DNA of 5,899 bases. It comes from a virus (Duplodnaviria; Heunggongvirae; Uroviricota; Caudoviricetes). A model generated the notes under the pieces. The model made no database searches and was not told where the DNA came from. It worked only from the letters and a program-made list of their open reading frames with translations. Location: the IMG/VR virus record IMGVR_UViG_2737471832_000006. One strand, given 5' to 3'. Shown here in pieces: positions 1 to 5,899 of this stretch. Numbering within the stretch: position 1 is the stretch's first letter; every line of letters starts with the position of its first letter. Position numbers and translations under genes: made by a program.

Positions 1-177
1 GGGTCGGCGAACTGCTCCCCTGGCGCGTAGCACTGCCGACTGAATAACACATCCCCGTCAATACGGTTCTTGCTGCACGCTTACTTATTGATGTGGGTGT
101 TAAATTGACAAGGTACCTGCGACAGGAGATTTCTTGTTTATTTGTAATGCCACTGTTCTTTATCAGGAAGGTGATTA

Positions 178-447
178 ATGGAAAATCTACTTTTTGTGAT
201 GTGTTGGATTAAAGATCATCATGTGATGTCATTAACTTTTGGCGTCTTATCTGCAATTTTATGGATTAAATCTGCTACAGCAAAAGTTGAGTTAGGCAAA
301 AAAATTGTCATGGTTACGTATGAAGATCCCGAACTTAACGTGAATCTCCATGATTTCTTCGCCACTGCGCGGCTTCAATCTAAGTACAATTCATTTGCAG
401 CATTGTCTGCAGCAGCAACCGCGCTATTCCAGATTATTGGTTTGTAA
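178..447 (+). CDS. Hypothetical small protein (89 aa), possibly membrane-associated; function unknown
   Basis: ATG at 178 is preceded by a strong Shine-Dalgarno-like AGGAAGGTG (about 165-173). The ORF ends at TAA 445-447 and has two hydrophobic stretches (LTFGVLSAILWI and FAALSAAATALFQIIGL). It sits in the AT-rich block and is convergent with the toxin-antitoxin operon. No family recognised. Confidence 0.4.
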   Translation: MENLLFVMCWIKDHHVMSLTFGVLSAILWIKSATAKVELGKKIVMVTYEDPELNVNLHDFFATARLQSKYNSFAALSAAATALFQIIGL

Positions 448-584
448 TGCTTACCAGCCCCAAATTAATCAATACCCAGTGGTATTAGCAATGTCCATTT
501 CAAGTACATACGTTCTTAAGACATTTGGGCACTGTCATGTCTGTCGGGGAGGAGGTTAAAATCCTCTCGTGCAAAATTTCTTAG

Positions 585-947
585 CTAGAGAATACAAAGA
601 ACATCATCTGGTGTTAACACAGAGTCTTCTACGTACTCAGGGTGGTTACGTAATACATCTCTCTGATGTCTCAAGATCTGCGCTGGAATTTCTTGCTCAT
701 CCACAATTTTGGCAGTATCCAGCAAAATACTGCCACACCTTATTTCCAGCGAAACAAAGCGATTCCACTCTGGACCATTAGAACACAAAAGGTCAAACAA
801 AACCTCACCTGTAGCCTGTGAATTGCCCAGTATAACAGAAAGCCTCTTCTCGATTTCGTGAACTGAAGTCAAGGGGTTCTCGTAGCCAGTCGCCATAACG
901 ACGGCAATGAGAGCCCCTGAGACGTTAACACCTGTTATTTCAAACAA
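585..947 (-). CDS. rnlB: Putative antitoxin of an RnlA/RnlB-like (LsoA/LsoB-like) type II toxin-antitoxin pair
   Basis: 120-codon ORF immediately downstream of the 356-aa HEPN toxin candidate. Its TTG start (945-947) overlaps the toxin stop (940-942), and AAGGA lies 8 nt upstream. An alternative ATG at 894-896 would give 103 aa. Size and position match RnlB (about 123 aa, encoded downstream of rnlA) from memory; the sequence itself is not independently recognised. Confidence 0.45.
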   Translation of the reverse strand: MFEITGVNVSGALIAVVMATGYENPLTSVHEIEKRLSVILGNSQATGEVLFDLLCSNGPEWNRFVSLEIRCGSILLDTAKIVDEQEIPAQILRHQRDVLRNHPEYVEDSVLTPDDVLCIL

Positions 948-2010
948 TATACAAATCCTTAATAATTCCCCATGCCTGTCTGGCCTTAGTCATCAGTCGT
1001 GCCATGTCAGAAACCATACGGCTTGTGTCGACAACTATCTCCATATGAAACAGGCCATGACGTTCTCTGTTAAAGAAAGTATAGGCATCATTAATGGTCT
1101 TAACCTTAGCTGACGATAAATTGCATCCAAATTGTTGTTTCAGAATAAATTCACTCCCAATTTTATCAAAATAACGCCCGAAACCATCCTGCGTGATTGG
1201 CATGCCATATCGGTACATTGTTGATTTAAGTACTCCCTCAACTGAACGTAATTCAGGATACAACAACATACAGTAATCAGGTAAATCGGGGGCGGCGAGT
1301 TTAACACACAGCCCAGAAACGAGCAATTTTTCAACATTCTTATGCAATAGTGGGTACGCATCCCCCATTTCACACTCTAGATGTGAGCGAGCAACTTCTT
1401 TCTGAACTATATACGCTTTGCCATCGTCCTGACGAATGAGAACTTTTTCCAGTCCTTGTAAATCGAGTAGCTCTGACAAGTTGAATATAAACACTCTATA
1501 ACATGACAATGGACGCCCTTGTATTTGTAGTGTTCCATTTCTGTGATGCAGACTAACTGTCAACTCATCCTGAAATTCTGGCGAATGAATTTTCCACACC
1601 GTTGTATGAGTGTTCCGTAAGTATTCGTAAAATTGTATATGTGGCTGCTCTGCTGAGAGCTGAAGTACAGATAAAACGTTCGCTTCAACGAACCCTTGTA
1701 ACACCATATTTACCTGTTCAAATTCTGCAGGATTGATGGTTTCATAGAGATCATCAGCCAACTCTTTTCCAAGATTATGATTAGCTCCTGTTTGATACTG
1801 GACTGTAGACGTCCCTCCGTTATTATAGAAAATGTTAACAGTTGCCAAAGCTTCTCCTGGTTTAGCAAACACAACCCGAAGTCCTGCTCTTGCACCAGGC
1901 ATTGGTCCAATTGAATGGACGGAATAGTTTTTATTTTCAATAAATGCCCTAGACGTAGCCTCAATAGTTGTCCGATCTAAATTTAAATTAGTGTAGTTCC
2001 TGACTGTCAT
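940..2010 (-). CDS. rnlA: RnlA/LsoA-like HEPN endoribonuclease toxin (356 aa)
   Basis: ATG at 2008-2010 (MTVRNYTNLNL...); the 37 codons upstream in the ORF track are read-through of the leader. Stop at 940-942. The 356-aa length matches RnlA (about 357 aa). A HEPN Rx4-6H signature (R-E-R-H-G-L-F-H, residues about 315-322) sits near the C-terminus, where the RnlA catalytic motif is located. A small overlapping gene follows, as for rnlA-rnlB. The local sequence is AT-rich, typical of acquired defence cargo. Confidence 0.6.
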   Translation of the reverse strand: MTVRNYTNLNLDRTTIEATSRAFIENKNYSVHSIGPMPGARAGLRVVFAKPGEALATVNIFYNNGGTSTVQYQTGANHNLGKELADDLYETINPAEFEQVNMVLQGFVEANVLSVLQLSAEQPHIQFYEYLRNTHTTVWKIHSPEFQDELTVSLHHRNGTLQIQGRPLSCYRVFIFNLSELLDLQGLEKVLIRQDDGKAYIVQKEVARSHLECEMGDAYPLLHKNVEKLLVSGLCVKLAAPDLPDYCMLLYPELRSVEGVLKSTMYRYGMPITQDGFGRYFDKIGSEFILKQQFGCNLSSAKVKTINDAYTFFNRERHGLFHMEIVVDTSRMVSDMARLMTKARQAWGIIKDLYIV

Positions 2011-2069
2011 TTGCTTAACCCTATAAAAAAATTTAGCAAACTCTACAATATAGCCCCTCTTTAGTCTAA

Positions 2070-2432
2070 TCAGGCGCTGTATCCTGAAATCGGGTACCGA
2101 TAATATCCCTCCTGCAGCCATGTGTTGGTGTTAACAAGATACTGTGTATCAATTGAATCCGTCAGATTGCAAAAGTTGATGCCTCTTTCGCGCAGTTCCT
2201 CCACCAGCACGACAAGATGCCGCATACTGCGCCTCAGTCGGTCCAGTTTCCAGACCACCAGCGTGTCACCTGCCGATAATGTCCTGAGCAGCTTTTTCAG
2301 TCCTGGTCTGTCGGACTTTGTACCGCTTATCTTGTCTTCAAAAATCAGCTCGCATCCTGCACAGTTCAACGCATTACGTTGTAGATCGGTGTTCTGGTCA
2401 TTTGTTGATACGCGAACATAGCCAATAAGCAT
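2070..2432 (-). pseudogene. pin: Serine DNA invertase (Pin/Gin/Hin/Cin family), 3'-truncated; only the N-terminal catalytic core is retained
   Basis: Translation from ATG 2430-2432 (SD AGGAGGAG just upstream) reads MLIGYVRVSTNDQNTDLQRNAL...GDTLVVWKLDRLRRSMRHLVVLVEELRERGINFCNLTDSIDT, the hallmark N-terminus of Pin/Gin/Hin invertases including the catalytic Ser in the RVST motif. After about residue 97 (near 2141) the frame runs into unrelated sequence (QYLVNTNTWLQEGYYRYPISGYSA) and stops at 2070-2072. The conserved SSPMGRFFFH continuation, E-helix and C-terminal HTH domain are absent. Confidence 0.8.
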
Positions 2433-2461
2433 GATAGCTCCTCCTGACAAAAACAGGAACG

Positions 2462-2935
2462 ATGCCATTTGCGCGCTATTTCTGCATTTTCATAAACGTT
2501 CAATTGGGAGAAGCGGCAAAACGTAATGTCGGAACCGGTAATAATCAACTCCCAGACATGTCCGCATTTGGTATGTCGCGAAACGGACAAACTGCCTGGG
2601 ATATTCTCCCAAATGGTATGATTCGACAGGTTGGTACTGTGACACTGACGCCTGTTGGTAATTTCAACGCAATTACTCTTGGTGGAGTGCTGTACTACAC
2701 CCATTACTACAGGGTTAATTTCCCCAGACAATTCCCAAATGCACAAATAGCAACGCTGGCAACACTAGCGAGTTACAGCTTTTCGACCCAGTCATCAATG
2801 GCTGGGAAATCACTGGCAACGCATCGCGATACTGATTCTGGCACTGACGTATCAAGAACGCGATTCACTGTGTCGTATACGACACCCAATCTCGGCGAAA
2901 TTCCGACTTTGCATTTTGAAGCAATAGGATACTAA
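2462..2935 (+). CDS. Alternative tail-fibre C-terminal cassette (S'v / StfE-like), promoterless; expressible only after inversion fuses it to the constant part of stf
   Basis: The ORF ends ...LGEIPTLHFEAIGY, paralleling the Stf C-terminus ...DCCFIALGY. Its N-terminal part contains QLGEAAK...LPDMSAFG, paralleling Stf GLGETINK...ISDVSAFRNALQLG just after the predicted crossover site. It is in opposite orientation to stf/tfa and adjacent to the invertase, as in Mu G and e14 P segments. The ATG at 2462 has no convincing RBS, so the true coding part probably begins at the crossover site near 2500. Confidence 0.55.
   Translation: MPFARYFCIFINVQLGEAAKRNVGTGNNQLPDMSAFGMSRNGQTAWDILPNGMIRQVGTVTLTPVGNFNAITLGGVLYYTHYYRVNFPRQFPNAQIATLATLASYSFSTQSSMAGKSLATHRDTDSGTDVSRTRFTVSYTTPNLGEIPTLHFEAIGY
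2487..2512. repeat. Candidate degenerate invertase crossover site (partner of the site at 4021-4046), invertase-proximal end of the invertible segment
   Basis: ttttcataaacgttcaattgggagaa matches the reverse complement of 4021-4046 at 17 of 26 positions and encodes the shared LGE junction. The AAACC-NN-GGTTT core is degraded, consistent with a frozen switch. Confidence 0.3.
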
Positions 2936-2937
2936 AT

Positions 2938-3171
2938 ATGGAGAATATGTATTTCAGCCCAACGACCGTTGGTTTTTATGTTTCTGAACAAGAGCGACCT
3001 GATGATGCGGTTGAAGTCTCGCCAGAGGTGGAGGCATTTTTGAGGGAGTGTGTTATCTGGGGAGCGGATACATTTAACGTAGAGCGAGATGCAGCAACGG
3101 TGACATATCCAACAGAACTGCTTGAATATGTCACCACCTACAACGCCCCCGTTAAATATCCTGCGGATTGA
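2938..3171 (+). CDS. Short ORF (77 aa) in the position of the alternative tail fibre assembly gene (U' / TfaE-like); possibly a truncated or divergent chaperone
   Basis: ATG at 2938 lies 2 nt after the stop of the S'v cassette, with AGGA about 9 nt upstream. It is convergent with tfa, and the two 3' ends overlap by 20 bp (3152-3171). It lacks the C-terminal KYRVLL-RVD motif seen in the Tfa on the other strand, so the assignment is positional only. Confidence 0.35.
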   Translation: MENMYFSPTTVGFYVSEQERPDDAVEVSPEVEAFLRECVIWGADTFNVERDAATVTYPTELLEYVTTYNAPVKYPAD

Positions 3172-3562
3172 CAGGCCATACGGGTTTTGCTGTATCAACG
3201 CGCATCAGCAAGACCCGGTATTTTTTCCATTCAGATAACGCGGCGGTTTCTTCTGCCGTCGCGATTTCCGCATCAAAAGCATCCTGTCTCCAGGCTATTT
3301 CCTTATCAGCCATAGAACGCAATACCGTTCTTTTCTGTTCAGCCTGAATAATCTGTTGTTCAGCGGAGAGTGGCGGGATATCAATCCACGCAGGATTACC
3401 ATTTTTATCAGCCCCCAGCGTTTTGCCTTGTGGCGCTACGCCTGTGTAAATTGCCATTGTTTCATCATCAACATCAACGCCATTTTCAGGCCATGAACCG
3501 GCGCTGATATATACCTCTTTTAGTGCTTTCGGATAGAAAGAGCCTTTATAAAATTTATTCAT
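3152..3562 (-). CDS. tfa: Tail fibre assembly protein (Tfa, lambda Tfa / Mu U family), 136 aa
   Basis: ATG at 3560-3562 (MNKFYKGSFYP...) lies 2 nt after the stf stop. The C-terminus ...EWKKYRVLLMRVDTAKPVWPVNP matches the conserved Tfa C-terminal motif (lambda Tfa ...WKKYRVLLNRVDT...). The ORF track's earlier start at 3592 is a TTG inside the end of stf. Confidence 0.8.
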   Translation of the reverse strand: MNKFYKGSFYPKALKEVYISAGSWPENGVDVDDETMAIYTGVAPQGKTLGADKNGNPAWIDIPPLSAEQQIIQAEQKRTVLRSMADKEIAWRQDAFDAEIATAEETAALSEWKKYRVLLMRVDTAKPVWPVNPQDI

Positions 3563-3564
3563 TC

Positions 3565-5899
3565 TTAATACCCCAGCGCGATAAAACAACAATCTTCGGT
3601 GCCCTCTCCGGATGGCGACCAGTTCTGAATACTGATATGCGTTCTGCTGGCAATACGCACATTCATCGCGGCATTGTAGCCAGATGTTCCACGGTTTCCG
3701 GTCGCAAATAAGCCTGCATAGGGAAAAGCAAATGGTAAGGCATATCCAGCATCAGCTCCCTTTTGTGTTGCCACCGTTCCCCACTGCAACATAAGTTTCA
3801 CCGGGTTTCCTGTCGTCGCAATGCATGGAATGTAGATGTAGCCATTCCCTGACATCATTGACCTGAAGCTGTCTAAACCCAGTAACTTCGAGGCATTATC
3901 TGCTCCAACATCTCGTGTTGCGGCGGTCCCTAACTGGAGCGCATTTCGGAAGGCTGATACATCAGAAATATCAGCTCCATTAGCCGATTTCTGCATAGCT
4001 CCGGAGGCTTTATTTATCGTTTCGCCCAAACCAAGGTATGCGAGAAGACCAGCTACATCCTTTCCACTCAAATTAGTCAGCGTATTGTCCAGCGGTTGTT
4101 TGCCCGCCAGTGCGCTCTGTACTTCGCTTTTGCTGTAGGCATCCAGATCTTTAGGCGTAAGCGTAATATCCTTCGTGCCGTCAAACGGAACGCCGTTGAT
4201 ATTCCGTGCAGTCTGTAGTTTTGTGGCAGTTGCAGCATTACCAGTGGTGTTCTGATTACCCGTAGTGTTTACACCTGGAAGGTTAATATTTGCAGAACCG
4301 TCGAAAACAACTCCACCGATAGATCTTGCCGTCTGCAATTTCGTGGCTGTACTTGCATTACCATTCAATGAACCAGTTAATCCACCTGTAACAGACAACG
4401 GACCTGAAACTGTTCCTCCGGTTGTTGGCAGTGCTCCAATATCTAACGGCGTCGGTTTCTGATGTGTGCTATACATCGTATAAACAACACCATAGGTAAC
4501 GCTGGAAGGCTTACTCGCTGAATATGTTGGCGAGGTATAAACAGAAACTGACGCATTTGCAGTACAATCCCAATGGATATTTACACTCGTCGCATAATTG
4601 CCAATCTCAACGTAAATATCATATGTATCGCCGGATGTGTTGATCCAGGCGAAATTCGTTAATCCGACGGCTGTACGCTTCCACAAAGCCCCGGTAATTC
4701 CTTTGGGGTTTCCATTGCCTGCTCGTAGAACCAGTTCTGAAATGCCTGCCTGATGTGGGGAACCGACGTTGTAACCAGCGCCACCAATCAATGCGATGTA
4801 AACGATGGAACTCGCCTGTGGCATGGTTACCGTTGCTAATTTGAACCAACCAGCACCACCGCTGAATGACATTGTTGTTGAGTTAAGCGTACCAATATCT
4901 TTCGGCGTCAGTGTTATATCCGCTGAAAGCGCCTTACCATTCACCTTACGGGCAGAAGGTACCCGACCATTCGCATTATCATTAGCTGCTTTCACTGCTT
5001 TCGGTGTCGCGGCAAGCGTTTCAGATGCGCTGTTGGTTGCACTACTGAGCTGGACAATTCCTTTTTGTGCTGTCGTAGCGTCCTGTGCGGTGTATTTCCC
5101 GTTAGCCAGGTCATACGCGGCCTTAACGGCTTTTGGCGTTGCCGCCTGTGACTCGGAAGTGCTGTTGGTCGCACTGCTGAGCTGTACTACCCCCTTTTTC
5201 GTCGTGCTCGCATCCTCAAGCGCCACAGCGGATGCAATATCCTCTGCCCGTTTTGCTGCTGTCTCGGCGCGCGTTGCCGCGGATTCCGCCGTACTTTTGC
5301 TCTGAGCTGCCGCCGTCGCACTGCCAGCTGCCTCTGTCGCCTTCGTGGATGCCGTCGTGGCGCTGCCCTTCGCTGCTGACGCTTGTCTGGTCGCCTCATC
5401 TTTTGAAGCAGACGCCGATGATGCCGATGACGCCGCCGAACTGGCGGACGATGCGGCAGCCGTTTTTGAGGATTCTGCACGGGTTTCCGACGCTTTCGCG
5501 TTCGTTTCGGATGTCTTCGCTGCGGAAGCTGACCTCGCTGCTGCGCTGGCCTGTTCAGTGGCTTCGCCAGCCTTCGTTGTGGCTGTTGAAGCAGACGATG
5601 CGGCACTTTCTGCCGACTTTCCGGCAGCGGTGGCACTGGCTGAGGCCTGCCCGGCACTTGTTGATGCGGCACTGGCAGATGATGCAGCCGCTGTTTTTGA
5701 GCCTGCCGCAGCTGAGGCACTCTGTCCCGCTGCCGTTTCAGAAGACCTGGCGTTCGTCTCGGACGTTTTTGCCGCCTTCGCGGAATTTCCTGCCGCCGTT
5801 GCCGAGGAAGCGGCACTACTGGCGCTTGATGATGCGTTCGTTTCTGATGATTTCGCTGCCTCTTTTGAGGCCGCCGCATCCCGGGCTGAGGTGGCAGCT
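3565..5899 (-). CDS. stf: Side tail fibre protein (Stf-like), 5'-partial; gene continues beyond the window end
   Basis: This minus-strand frame is open from the window edge to the stop at 3565-3567; I checked every codon from 5227 to 5899 and found no stop. The ORF track's start at 5226 is only an internal GTG. The translation of 5227-5899 is Ala/Ser/Thr/Lys/Glu-rich with ...AAKTSETNAKASE...-type repeats typical of the Stf N-terminal shaft. It is followed by the duplicated KG(V/I)VQLSSATNS-SE--AATPKAVKAA motif found in lambda Stf / Mu S / P2 H fibres, then a Gly/Thr/Asn-rich distal region ending ...IALGY. The 230-aa Arg-rich ORF (5187-5879) and the 166-aa plus-strand ORF (4805-5305) are alternative-frame artefacts of this gene. 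Confidence 0.9.
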   Translation of the reverse strand, partial: AATSARDAAASKEAAKSSETNASSSASSAASSATAAGNSAKAAKTSETNARSSETAAGQSASAAAGSKTAAASSASAASTSAGQASASATAAGKSAESAASSASTATTKAGEATEQASAAARSASAAKTSETNAKASETRAESSKTAAASSASSAASSASSASASKDEATRQASAAKGSATTASTKATEAAGSATAAAQSKSTAESAATRAETAAKRAEDIASAVALEDASTTKKGVVQLSSATNSTSESQAATPKAVKAAYDLANGKYTAQDATTAQKGIVQLSSATNSASETLAATPKAVKAANDNANGRVPSARKVNGKALSADITLTPKDIGTLNSTTMSFSGGAGWFKLATVTMPQASSIVYIALIGGAGYNVGSPHQAGISELVLRAGNGNPKGITGALWKRTAVGLTNFAWINTSGDTYDIYVEIGNYATSVNIHWDCTANASVSVYTSPTYSASKPSSVTYGVVYTMYSTHQKPTPLDIGALPTTGGTVSGPLSVTGGLTGSLNGNASTATKLQTARSIGGVVFDGSANINLPGVNTTGNQNTTGNAATATKLQTARNINGVPFDGTKDITLTPKDLDAYSKSEVQSALAGKQPLDNTLTNLSGKDVAGLLAYLGLGETINKASGAMQKSANGADISDVSAFRNALQLGTAATRDVGADNASKLLGLDSFRSMMSGNGYIYIPCIATTGNPVKLMLQWGTVATQKGADAGYALPFAFPYAGLFATGNRGTSGYNAAMNVRIASRTHISIQNWSPSGEGTEDCCFIALGY
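4021..4046. repeat. Invertase crossover site (hix/gix/pix-like 26-bp imperfect palindrome) inside stf at the constant/variable junction
   Basis: TTCGCCCAAACC-AA-GGTATGCGAGAA has the AAACC-NN-GGT(T/A)T core of Hin/Gin/Pin recombination sites (compare hix TTCTTGAAAACCAAGGTTTTTGATAA, recalled from memory). The two half-sites are 9 of 12 symmetric. On the coding strand it encodes LAYLGLGE, the point after which Stf and the S'v cassette diverge. Confidence 0.5.

Larger units (their letters stand above)
2070..5899. mobile_element. Prophage fragment: tail-fibre host-range module (stf, tfa, invertible segment, invertase remnant)
   Basis: Gene content and order (stf, tfa, inverted alternative cassette, pin-like invertase) are diagnostic of lambdoid, Mu or e14-type phage tail-fibre switching modules. 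Confidence 0.75.

Noticed and set aside
569-781. 70-aa plus-strand ORF (and the 69-aa ORF at 350-559)
   Set aside because: 569-781 is antisense to the antitoxin-like gene. 350-559 overlaps the 3' end of the 89-aa ORF in another frame and lacks an RBS.
907-1964. Short internal ORFs (907-1113 plus, 1140-1373 minus, 1710-1964 minus)
   Set aside because: All lie inside the 356-aa toxin-like gene, in alternative frames or antisense; the long ORF explains the region.
2010-2121. N-terminal extension of the 393-aa ORF (MAAGGILSVPDF...)
   Set aside because: The extension overlaps the truncated invertase ORF and has no RBS. The internal ATG at 2008-2010 gives a 356-aa protein matching the RnlA-like size, so the extension is treated as leader read-through.
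2122-2421. 99-aa Ser/Arg-rich ORF on the plus strand
   Set aside because: Lies entirely antisense to the conserved invertase catalytic-domain coding sequence; likely spurious.
2441-2466. ctcctgacaaaaacaggaacgatgcc as the invertase-proximal crossover site (contains tcctg...cagga inverted repeat)
   Set aside because: Only the first half resembles a gix-type half-site. It overlaps the invertase RBS and start and does not align with the 4021-4046 site as well as 2487-2512 does, nor does it preserve the LGE coding junction. It may be an invertase promoter or operator element instead.
2366-2746. 126-aa minus-strand ORF overlapping the S'v cassette
   Set aside because: Alternative frame and antisense to the tail-fibre-like plus-strand ORF. 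Its start lies inside the invertase coding region in a different frame, and it has no recognisable features.
2932-3198. 88-aa minus-strand ORF
   Set aside because: Antisense to the 77-aa U'-like ORF and overlapping the tfa 3' end in another frame; no support.
3523-4849. Short ORFs 3523-3711 plus, 4265-4462 plus, 4619-4849 minus, and 4992-5174 minus
   Set aside because: Embedded in or antisense to stf/tfa; alternative-frame artefacts.
4805-5305. 166-aa Ala/Val/Leu-rich ORF on the plus strand
   Set aside because: Antisense to stf. Its composition mirrors the GCN-rich repeats of the true gene, and it has no RBS or recognisable family.
5187-5879. 230-aa extremely Arg/Gln/Pro-rich ORF on the minus strand
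   Set aside because: Wrong-frame reading of the GC-rich, repeat-rich stf N-terminal region. The stf frame is open across the whole interval and gives a typical tail-fibre shaft sequence.
1-5899. CRISPR arrays, tRNA or rRNA genes
   Set aside because: No regularly spaced direct repeats with unique spacers and no cloverleaf-like or rRNA-like conserved segments were seen. The only repeats are intragenic tail-fibre repeats.

Overview
This window looks like the distal end of a lambdoid-type prophage tail-fibre module in an enterobacterial genome, joined to an AT-rich accessory cassette. On the minus strand it carries the 3' two-thirds of a side tail fibre gene (Stf-like, 5' end outside the window), followed by a tail fibre assembly gene (Tfa-like). 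Facing these on the plus strand are a promoterless alternative tail-fibre C-terminal cassette and a short second ORF, then a serine DNA invertase gene (Pin/Gin/Hin family). This is the layout of a Mu G-segment / e14 P-segment host-range inversion switch. The invertase is truncated after about 97 codons, and its 3' half is replaced by an AT-rich two-gene operon that I interpret as an RnlA/RnlB-like (LsoA/LsoB-like) HEPN RNase toxin-antitoxin module. A convergent 89-aa ORF of unknown function lies beyond it. No rRNA, tRNA or CRISPR array was seen. All homology calls are from reading the translations and from memory of the families; no database search was run.
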